Assembly (NCBI GenBank): GCA_025594325.1
Contig: JANHCV010000010.1
Span: 868,001-932,000, forward strand
Direction: 5' to 3'
Length of the DNA: 64,000 bases
From: Blastocladiella emersonii ATCC 22665
Lineage: Eukaryota > Fungi > Blastocladiomycota
In this document: positions 24,150 through 32,935 of the stretch, in pieces
Layout: the number at the start of each line of letters is the position of its first letter
Numbering within the stretch: the first letter of the stretch is position 1
Made by a program: the position numbers and the translations under genes
Notes under the pieces: generated by a model
Told to the model about the DNA's origin: nothing
The model's input: the letters and a program-made list of their open reading frames with translations, nothing else
Databases searched by the model: none

Positions 24150-25682
24150 TTACACCGTCAGGTCGGGGAACTTGACGACGAGGCGGTCCAAATCGCGAGC
24201 AAAAGCCGCCTCGCGAACGTGCTTCTGCCACCACTTGGCGACCGATGGGCCATAAGCTTGGTTCAAGGCCGCGTGGATCAGAGTGTGGTCGTACGGGAGG
24301 CTCAGGCCAGAGTCGCGCCACCAGTCCAGTCGGTCAATGACAGCGTCCTGGCTGTCGCTGGGTGCGACCTCGGCCCATTCCTGGGGACGAACAAAGCCTT
24401 GCTCGGTCAGCGTCTCCAAGAGCCACGAGAGCGCGGCCACGTCGTTGGACCGGCTCGCTCGCTTGATCACCTCCGCCCAGAACGTTGGTTTCTGCTCGTC
24501 ACTCGCCTGGCCAGCGCTGTTGCCATCAGAGTTCGAGCTGAAGTTCGTCTTGGGCATGGTATTGAAGAACCAGGACAGAACGGCCCCGTCGTCATCGAGC
24601 TCGATCGCCGTGTCCAGCGCGCGCGCCCAAAACTCGATTTGCGCTGCGTGCGCGTTCAAGTGTTCGCGTTCAAGGTTGGCGAATCGCTGATGAATCGAAG
24701 CCTGGGACTGGTCCATTTTGTCGTCGAGCGACGACGGGACAAGATCGAGGCGACCGCACAAGTAGCGATAGTGAACGTTTCGGTAGATCCAGTCGAGAAC
24801 GTGAACGTGGTTGCGCTTGATCGCGCCTTCGACAAAGCGTTCCCATTGAATAGTCTCGCGCCAATCGAAGGCACTGTCTGCGTCAAACTGAGCGAGAACC
24901 TTGATACTGCCTGCTTCAAGGGCGAGCTTGGGAATGCCAAACTCGTAGTCGTGCAGGCCCGCGTCGCATAGCCAGAACACGGCGAACGGGTTATCACGAC
25001 TCATTGCGTCGTCAAAGGCATCGTCGGCAACCTTGACTAAGAGCTGCTGCGAGTCGTACCACCAAGTAAGAACGTGGTTGTGGCCCGCGCGGACGGCGTC
25101 GCCAATCGCGCGTTCCGTGTACGCGTCCGTGATCAGCTCGTTTTCCACGAGCCAGTCAAAGACGTCAACGTGGCCGTGAGCAGACGCAACGTCGGCGAGA
25201 TGAGGTTGACTTGCAGTACGCTCGGCGTACTCGGTCATGAGCCCGTGTTGGAGGAGCCACGCGAGCACGTGCGCGTGTCCGTGAGTAGCTGCGATGACGG
25301 CGGGGTGCTGCTGCTCGCGCAAGTCGCTCTGCGACCAGTCCCACGACTTGGTCGAGTCGTCGAGTAAATCCAGTCGCCCAGCGGCACAGAGCAGTTGAAG
25401 GTAAAAGTTTGCCTCGTCGCGGTCCACGGTTGGCCAGCGCACTTCGATCAGTAAGTCGCGGAGCGCCGAGTACTTTGAATCAAGGGCGCTCTGGATGCGG
25501 TCGTGAAGCGAGTGGCGCAGGATAACGTTTCGCAGCTGCTTGAGGCCGGGGAGCACGTGCAGGAGCGTGAGCGGATCGGTGCCGCGCGGGTCCAGTAGCA
25601 CAAGCTGCGACAAGCACTCCTCGATGAGCTCATAAGGCAAGATGACAGTTTGCGATAAGTCGCTGCATGATTTTGGCTTCAT
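24150..25682 (-). CDS. F-box-like + ankyrin-like repeat protein, copy 2
   Basis: Intronless. LPYELIEECL, HLADVASAHGHVDVFDWL and YTERAIGDAVRAGHNHVLTWW; collinear with copy 1. Confidence 0.75.
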   Translation of the reverse strand: MKPKSCSDLSQTVILPYELIEECLSQLVLLDPRGTDPLTLLHVLPGLKQLRNVILRHSLHDRIQSALDSKYSALRDLLIEVRWPTVDRDEANFYLQLLCAAGRLDLLDDSTKSWDWSQSDLREQQHPAVIAATHGHAHVLAWLLQHGLMTEYAERTASQPHLADVASAHGHVDVFDWLVENELITDAYTERAIGDAVRAGHNHVLTWWYDSQQLLVKVADDAFDDAMSRDNPFAVFWLCDAGLHDYEFGIPKLALEAGSIKVLAQFDADSAFDWRETIQWERFVEGAIKRNHVHVLDWIYRNVHYRYLCGRLDLVPSSLDDKMDQSQASIHQRFANLEREHLNAHAAQIEFWARALDTAIELDDDGAVLSWFFNTMPKTNFSSNSDGNSAGQASDEQKPTFWAEVIKRASRSNDVAALSWLLETLTEQGFVRPQEWAEVAPSDSQDAVIDRLDWWRDSGLSLPYDHTLIHAALNQAYGPSVAKWWQKHVREAAFARDLDRLVVKFPDLTV

Positions 25683-25762
25683 GGTTGGCGGGGTGAGTTT
25701 CGATCGAGAGCGGCGTGAGCGGCGGTGGGGAGGCGTAAAGGCGGTCACTTTCTTTGTCTCAA

Positions 25763-25788
25763 GATCACATGATTAATCGTCGCGTCTC
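25763..25788. promoter_or_regulatory. Conserved upstream motif GATCACATGATTRATCGTCRCGTCTC of ankyrin-like genes (also at 47672-47697 and 60084-60109)
   Basis: Three near-identical 26-bp copies, each upstream of a family member (copies 2, 4 and 5). Contains the E-box-like TCACATGA. Confidence 0.55.
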
Positions 25789-25928
25789 GGCGGCGCGCTT
25801 TGCTGGGGATGCTGCCGAAACGCCGAGGAACCAGAAACACTCGTCATTATTGTATTCGGCCTCGAGCAACCGGGATGAGGAGAAGGAAACGTCAATTTCG
25901 ATGGACCACTGAGCGTAAGGAGAGGGCA

Positions 25929-27388
25929 CTACTCATTGGGTTCATCTTCGTCGTCTTCATCGCTGCCATCGCTGCCGTCGCTACCGTCATTGCCGTCGCT
26001 TTCTTCAATCAGCGGGTTGAAGACAACGTCGTGGAACTGAGCAACGAGCTCGTCAAAGTCGCACCATCGACCATGGAAGACGAGCTCGTCAAAGTCGCAC
26101 CATCGACCATGGAAGACGAGCTCGTGGGCGTGCGCGCGCCACCAGTCGACGACGCGTTGGTCGGGCTCCTCCGACAGAACTTGGCGAAGCGATTTGTGCG
26201 AAAACCGAAGACGCAACCCTGTGCGAAGCCACCACTTGAGTCGAGCGAGCGCCATGGGCTTACTGCCACTGGGATCCACAAGACCCCAAGTTTTTGGGCA
26301 AACGAACTCGCCTTGGTCAAATGCTCGCAGTACCACTTGAGAGCGGCAAGGTCGTTTTTCGCGCTAGCATGCGCGATCGCCACCTCCCAGAACGACATCT
26401 TGGCAGCAGCAACGTCCTTGGCTGACACCTTGGAGAAGGTCTTGTAAAACCATTTGAGAGTCTTGGCGCTGCGGTAGTCAATAGCTCGCTCCATTGCCGA
26501 CGCCCAGAACTCGTAAGACTCGTCGCAATCCTCCGAGTTGCAAACGATGAAATCGGTGCAGTCCGCAAGGTATTCGGTCTCGATCGACTGGTGGATCCAC
26601 CGCAGGACGTGAGTTTGCTTGTTGCTGATAGCGTGATCGACGGCGTCTTCCCAATCAGTATTTGCGTGTGTCCATAGTCCTGGATCGCCGGGGCATTGGC
26701 GCTCAATGAAATCGTCAACAACCTCGAGACTGCCCATGCGCAGCGCGTAATCGATGATATTGGAGATGCAGTCATCGAATCCGTTGTCGTAAACCCACCA
26801 GACCACTTCTGGGTTGTCCGTGTCAACGGCAATTTCGAATGCCTCGCCAGAAACCTCGAGCAGGTGCCTTGAATCGCTCCACCACTCGAGAACGCGGGTA
26901 TGGCCGCCCCGGATGGCTTCGTCGACAGCCCGCTCAGTGAAGCCCTCAACGAGCTCCATTTCATCGAGCCAGTCGAGGACATGGTCATGGCCGTGGGCAG
27001 ACGCAATGTCGGCGGGGTGCGGGCCGTCGAACTTGCCCCAGTCCCACTTTGAGCTCAAGTCATGAAGCAGATCGAGGCGGCCAGCGGCACAGAGTAAGCG
27101 AAAGTGAAACTTGGCTGCGCCAAAATCGGCGGCAGGTTTGTAGTGCTTGACAAGGAGATCGCGGAGTGAAGCGTACTGCGGCTCAAGCGCGCGCTGGATC
27201 CGAGGGTGGAGCGAGTGACGAAAAACGACGCGGCGGAGTCGGTCGAGGCCCGGGGCGACGCGCAGCAGCGGAAGCGGGTCGGTGGCATCGGGGTCGAGGA
27301 GCATGGCCTGGACGAGAACCTCCTCGAGCACTTCGTAAGGCAGCATCGGAGGCCGTTGCGGCAAGTCGGTGAAATCCATTTGCTTCAT
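25929..27388 (-). pseudogene. F-box-like + ankyrin-like protein, copy 3, with a 1-nt frameshift
   Basis: Homology switches frame near 26315 (EHL-TK versus the expected EHLDQGEFVCPKTW). The 3' part lies in ORF 25929-26336. This could also be a sequencing indel. Confidence 0.6.
26044..26125. repeat. 36-bp tandem duplication (about 2.3 copies) inside ankyrin-like copy 3
   Basis: ACGAGCTCGTCAAAGTCGCACCATCGACCATGGAAG at 26044 and 26080, partial at 26116; encodes (ELVFHGRWCDFD)x2. Confidence 0.95.
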
Positions 27389-27534
27389 GGCAAGGTGTAG
27401 ATGGTGTCCATAGCCTGTCCGAGGAAGCGAAAACGGCGCGCGGGAGCGTCGCGCGGTGACGCGTTTGCGCTGAAGTGACTGACGCGCGGCGCAACACGTT
27501 CCCGCTCTCCCCAGTCCCATGTTACGAATGAAGC

Positions 27535-28997
27535 ATGACTGGAGCCGAATCTCGTGAACCTCGCCTTGCCGTCGCCGACCTCATTGACTGCATCTTATGC
27601 CACGCCGTGCGGCTGCACGACCCAGACGACTTGGGCGCGCTGCAGCGGTACTCGCGCGTTCTACCGGCCGCCACGGCGCCGCGCGTACACGCCACGATCC
27701 TCTCGCACATGACGTCCATGTCCGTCGACGAAGCGAGCGCGACAGGGCGGTTGCACGTTCTCGACGCGTGGGTGCGGTCGGGTCAGACGTTGAAGTACAC
27801 GGAGCGCGCGATCCTGGACGCCGAGGACGACTACCCGGTGCTTGACTGGTGGCGCCGGCACCCCGACCTCGTGTTGCCGCAGTGCACCGTCCGACGCCGC
27901 ACGGTGGTTTGCATGAACGGTGTAAGCGGCGGGGGAGACTCAAATAGCTGGGTACGCGCGCTCGCTATCAACGTTGGCCGAGCGAGGTGTAACCATTGCG
28001 TGAGTGCCGTGTAGCTGCTCACCCGAAACTCTCCGGATGGCGATAAGAGCCTCGGCGACACGCTCATCAGCTCCTCGCGCTCGAAATTGAGAACGGGGTC
28101 GCCACAACCGTTGCGATCAGCGGCGCAGCCATCACACGCGCAGGCGTCTCGCGGCTCTCCGATTCCCTTGCGACTCCAGGCCAGCGAGTCGACACCGTGT
28201 CGCTGTCGTGCTGCGACTTGACGCTCCGCGAGCTCACCGCGCTCCGTCTCCCCGCGACGGTGCGGAAACTGGTGCTCGACCACCACTGGCTCGGCGAGGG
28301 CGACGCGACGGAGCTCAGTTTTTCGCCGTCGCTCGCCGAGCTCTTCATGGCCGCCGCACACGTCGGCGACGGCCGCGTGTTCCGCCACTTTCCCTCCGCG
28401 CTCTCGACGCTCATCCTGACCAACACCCCGCTCTCACTCGCTGCTTCGGCCTCGCTCGCCGACGCCCTGCCCGGTAACCTATACCAACTCGATCTCAGCA
28501 CCACCCACCTCCACGGCGCGCCGCTCGCCGCGCTCCTACCACACCTCCCCCGCGACCTCGCCACGCTCACCCTCGCGTCCAACGGCCTCGACACCGCCGA
28601 CGCCGCCTTGCTCGCGTTGCACCTGCCGCTTGCCATCGAAAACCTGGACGTCTCGCACAACCCGATGCTCGGCGACGCGGGCGTGTGTTTGCTCGCCGCC
28701 GCGCTGCCGGCGACGCTCACGGACCTGCGTCTTGGGTCGGTCGGGATGCGGAGCGAGGGCATGCTCGCGCTTGCCAAGCACATGCCGCCCGAGCTCGGCG
28801 TGCTGGACGTGAGCGGAGCGTGCGTGTCGCAGGCGGCGCTCGAGGAGCTTGCGCGGCGGGTCCCGCGCGGACTGAACAAGTTGGACGTGTCGCAGTGCAC
28901 GCGCGAAGAGGACGACGAAGGGGCAAGATTGCAGCTGATGCCGCTGTACGCGCTGCTGTCGCCGCGGGTCAAAGTGCGCGCGGGCGGGCTTGCGTGA
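27535..28997 (+). CDS. Ankyrin-like N-terminal module + RNI-like leucine-rich-repeat protein (splice join unresolved)
   Basis: The 5' ORF has VDEASATGRLHVLDAW...LKYTERAILDA...VLDWW. The 3' ORF has LRRs (LYQLDLSTT, LATLTLASNGL, IENLDVSHNPMLGDAG, LGVLDVSG). A phase-0 intron such as 27952-28070 would join them. Confidence 0.6.
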
Positions 28998-29255
28998 TAC
29001 GGAGTGGGATAGAGGCAAAAATGACCGTCATGTATCGAAAAAGAGGTGGGTTGGGTTGGGTGTTCTGGGTGGTGGTGGTGATATGCAAGGAAGCGGGAGG
29101 CGACGCGATGCGGTGGAAGGAGCTAGGGGAGGGTAGTGTTGGTGATGCTATGAGATGGAAGAAGGGACATAGGAGCGAGGGTATCACGGTATGCGAGTGG
29201 CGCGAGAACGAGTAGAGTGTAAGGACATCGAAAAACCGACCGACGGCGAGCGCGA

Positions 29256-31607
29256 CTAGTACCCGCGCCGCGCCACGACCTGCTGCTGCGCGTACACGGG
29301 CGACGCCGCGTGGTGCCGCGCGGGCCCAGCTGCGGCGTACGGCCGGACGATATGCCCGTGCGCGTTGATATCGACAGCCGCGCCGCCGTACGCGGACGCG
29401 GACCCGACGCTCGCGAGCGACACGGCGCTGCTGAGCGCGGCGCCCGCGTGCTGCATGCCGAGCCGCGGCGGCTGCCCGCCAGGCTGCGCGTGCGCGTACG
29501 CGAGGTGCGACGGGCGCGGCGACCCGCCGGTCTGCGCCCGATAATGCTGCGGGCGGCCGGCCGACGCGGACGCGGACGACGACGACGCGTACGAGTGCTC
29601 GGAGGTGACCGAGGCGGTCGGGCTGGGCAGGGCAAAGTGGCGTGAGGACGACGACGAGGAGGCCTGCGAGCTTGGGCCCGCCGAGGGCGCGGCGCTGCCG
29701 CCGCCGCCGCCGCGCCAGAAGACGGATGGGGTGCCGCCGAGATCGTGCACGGCGAATGCAGACAGGGCGTCCGAGACGGCGGCGACCGACGGGTCCGTGG
29801 CGCCCGACGACCCCGACCGCGTCGACTCGGGCGGGGTCGGCGGCCCGCCGCCGTGCGGCGTGGTCGAGCGCGACTTGGGTTTGCCCTTGCCCTTGCCCTT
29901 GTCCTTGTCCTTGGACGAGGACGAGTCTTTGGGCGGCTTGCTGCCGCTGCCGCTGGACTTCTCCTTGGACTTCTTGGCCTTGCGCGACGGCTTCACAGCC
30001 TCCTCGGTGGCGCCGTCGTCGGCCTCGGCCGCGGCGGCGATGAGGATCTGCGGCGACGCGGGTGCCGAGGACGCGGGCGAGGACTCGGTGGTGGCGGACT
30101 TGGCGGCCTTCTTCTTGCCCTTGGCCGGCTTGTCGGCCGCGTCCTTCTTGCTCTTCTTACCCTTCTCCTTCTTCGGCGGCGGCACCGGCGCACGCACGTC
30201 CTCCGACGCGCGCGGCGAGATCGGGAGGACGTGCGACGCGGGCCCACCCACCACGTCGCGCGCGGGCGGGAGCGCGAGCGGGGCCATGGGCAGCGCGTTC
30301 CCCATGCCCGCACCGAGCGGCGGCTGCGGGGCGAAAAAGTGCGGCGACGCCGGGCCGCCGCCGAACGCGGGCGAGGCGGGCGCGGGGATGCGCGGCGACC
30401 GGAACGACGACGGCGACGACGGCGCGCTCCCGCCCCCGACATCGTGGCTCGCGAGGTAGCCGCGCGCGCGCAGGACCTGGGCGCCGAGCGTGTCGCCGTC
30501 GTCGTCGGACGAGTCGTCGCCGTCGGGGATCGCGAACCCGCCGCGGAACGAGCTCGCGTCGTTGAACAGGCGGCCGCCGCCCGCAGGCGCGAACGAGGAG
30601 GAGCCCGATGCGAGCGAATGTAGCGACGGGGTGTAGTGCCCCCCGCCAGTGCTCCCGCCCGACACGCTGCCGGGAGTCGGGCTGCCGGGCATGAACCCGG
30701 GCGACGCGAACGGCGCGTGGCTCGGCGAGTACATGAGCATGGGCGACGCGGGGCGCGAGGCGTGGTGGAACCCGGGCTGCGTGTAGTGGTGTGCGGCCGA
30801 CGGGTACATGGGGCCGGGGGCGAGGATCTGCGGGTGCGGGTGCGGGTGCGCCGGGTTGGCGAACGCGGCGGCCTGCTGGTCGTGGAGGAACCCGGGCGAG
30901 ACGGGTGCCGGCAGCGAGGCGGCGGGGAGCGAGACGGACGACACGGAGCCCTTGCGCAGGCGCGCGAGCAGCGGGTCGACGGTGGGCGGCTTGCCGAGGA
31001 CCGGGTGGTGGTCCGAGTCGTCCGAGTCGAGCGACGAGTCGGAATCGCTGTTCACGTCATCGTCGTCGTCTCCGCTCGCGGCGCGGATCGAGGACCCGAG
31101 CGATCGTGGCGGCGGGCCCTGCGGGCGGCGTGATGGCGGCCCACGCGCCGATGCGGCCGATCCGCTCGTCATCCCGCTCCCGCGCCTTGCGCGCCCCTTG
31201 CGCCCGTCGCTCTCGTCGTCGGACGGCAGCTGCGCGGCGGGATCCGGGCGCAGCGTCGACGTCGACGGGAACGTGTGCAGCGACACCCCATCGCCCGCCG
31301 CACCCCCCTCAGGCGCAGACACGGGCCGCGGCGGGGCGGGAGTGCCGGCGAGCGGGACGGCGCGGTGGCCGTCGACAAGGGTGACGGAGATGGCCGAGGG
31401 CGACGAGGGGAGGTGGACGCCGAGGCCGGGGCCGCCGAGCGCGCGGTCCTCGGGGACGGCGGCGAGCGCGCGCGGGGCGAGCTCCTGGCGCGTCGCCGAG
31501 GAGGAAGCGGCGGTCGCCTTGCCCTTGCCCTTGTCGGGCTTGGGGGCGTCGGCGGGCGAGCCGTCCTTGCGCTTCTTGCGGAACAGGGCCTGGAAGACGG
31601 AGCCCAT
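29256..31607 (-). CDS. Unknown low-complexity Ser/Pro/Ala-rich disordered protein
   Basis: Long ORF with GC3-rich codons; likely start MGSVFQALFRKKRK. Lys-rich and Asp/Ser-rich patches; no recognisable domain. Confidence 0.65.
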   Translation of the reverse strand: MGSVFQALFRKKRKDGSPADAPKPDKGKGKATAASSSATRQELAPRALAAVPEDRALGGPGLGVHLPSSPSAISVTLVDGHRAVPLAGTPAPPRPVSAPEGGAAGDGVSLHTFPSTSTLRPDPAAQLPSDDESDGRKGRARRGSGMTSGSAASARGPPSRRPQGPPPRSLGSSIRAASGDDDDDVNSDSDSSLDSDDSDHHPVLGKPPTVDPLLARLRKGSVSSVSLPAASLPAPVSPGFLHDQQAAAFANPAHPHPHPQILAPGPMYPSAAHHYTQPGFHHASRPASPMLMYSPSHAPFASPGFMPGSPTPGSVSGGSTGGGHYTPSLHSLASGSSSFAPAGGGRLFNDASSFRGGFAIPDGDDSSDDDGDTLGAQVLRARGYLASHDVGGGSAPSSPSSFRSPRIPAPASPAFGGGPASPHFFAPQPPLGAGMGNALPMAPLALPPARDVVGGPASHVLPISPRASEDVRAPVPPPKKEKGKKSKKDAADKPAKGKKKAAKSATTESSPASSAPASPQILIAAAAEADDGATEEAVKPSRKAKKSKEKSSGSGSKPPKDSSSSKDKDKGKGKGKPKSRSTTPHGGGPPTPPESTRSGSSGATDPSVAAVSDALSAFAVHDLGGTPSVFWRGGGGGSAAPSAGPSSQASSSSSSRHFALPSPTASVTSEHSYASSSSASASAGRPQHYRAQTGGSPRPSHLAYAHAQPGGQPPRLGMQHAGAALSSAVSLASVGSASAYGGAAVDINAHGHIVRPYAAAGPARHHAASPVYAQQQVVARRGY

Positions 31608-32830
31608 GGCGGCGGCGAGTGGCGAGTGGTTGGTCGAGACGCGCGCGAGGGCGTGCGAGAGGCCGTGGGAGCGCGCGGGCGGCGGGTCAGCGGGCCGTGC
31701 GATAAATGAGCGCAAGAGGAGCGGCGGCGGCGGCGGTGGCAACTGCGTGGGGCACGCGCGCGCGAGAGACAGCCGTCGCCAAGAAGTCGAGGTCGCGCGT
31801 GAGACAGCAGTAGCGCGACGAGAGCAAAGATGCCGTCGAGACAGCAGCGGCAGCGGCAGCGGCAGCAGCAGCAGCAGCAGCGCGGAAGCTACACGCAGCC
31901 GGCAAGGTGGGGTGGGAACCGCGACAGAGTTAGCGCCGGACCGCGGACCATGCGAGCTGCGCCACGTCGCCGGCCCCCGCCGAGGCGGGCCGTGATCGAG
32001 GGAGCGGGCGACGCGATGCGAAACGTACGTTGCCGGGGCCGAGTGCGCGCAGGTCCAGTCGGGCGGCGGTACAACGCAAACCGTGGCGCGCGTGTAAGTC
32101 GTAGAGGGAGAGAGAGCGTGGGCCGCGGCGACCGGCTAGCGTGCGCAGCAGCAGCAGCAACAACAAGCTCGCCTTCCCAGCGAGCGAACGACGTGATGCG
32201 AGCAAGACACACGCCTCGATGCGTGCGGTGTGTGGGTCGGGGTGGTCGCCGTTCCGAGCGGACAGCAGCCTGCCGTGTGGGGAAGCGAGAGGCGCGCAGC
32301 AACCGGTCCACACGCGCACACGTGCGGGCTGCGTTGAAAGGCGCGAGAGCGCGAGCGAGGGCGAGAGGAGAGGCGGGCTGCCGAATGCGGCAAGTGTCAG
32401 GGTGGGTCGCCCGCAGGTCGCTTCGTGGGCGAGCTGTGCGAGTTAGGTCGTTGATAACGTGTTGCTGCTGCTAGCGTCGGTGTCGGTGGTGAGGAGAGAG
32501 AGAGAGAGAGAGCCGACGGGAAGTTTATACCGACCGACCACTCGCGCGACCTCCACGCGCGTCGTCGCCACCACGATCCGCCGGCTGGTCCGAATTCGTC
32601 GCCGTGCCCGGACTTGGTGCAACGCGCGCTGCGTGCCCGCATGGGCAGGAACATCGAATCCGACGGAGGCCGCGAGGCGCGGCTTCTGCGCCTCGTTCCA
32701 TCGCACCATCCAACGCGAGGCCGACCAAGGTGCGAGACAGACACGCGCGCGAGAAAAACTCTGTCGCTGCCTATCCGCACGTGACGGGCGCCCCCTGGCC
32801 AATGGGGCGGGCGCACCGCACCGCAGCAGC

Positions 32831-32870
32831 GCGCCGCAGCCGCAGCCGCAGCCGCAGCCGCAGCCGCAGC
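32831..32870. repeat. (GCAGCC)n microsatellite
   Basis: About six tandem GCAGCC units just downstream of the RAD50 stop codon. Confidence 0.85.
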
Positions 32871-32935
32871 GACGCGTGGGCGCGATCTGAAACGGACCGC
32901 TTCTCCTCACCCCACTCCACTCCGCGTTTATTCGC

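Noticed and set aside
26044-26125. 36-bp repeats of CRISPR-like length
   Set aside because: Directly tandem with no spacers, in frame within a coding region, eukaryotic context, no cas genes.
22437-27388. Endogenous giant-virus region suggested by F-box/ankyrin genes
   Set aside because: No capsid, PolB, packaging ATPase or other NCLDV hallmark is visible, and the genes are interleaved with host core genes. Kept only as an origin hypothesis.
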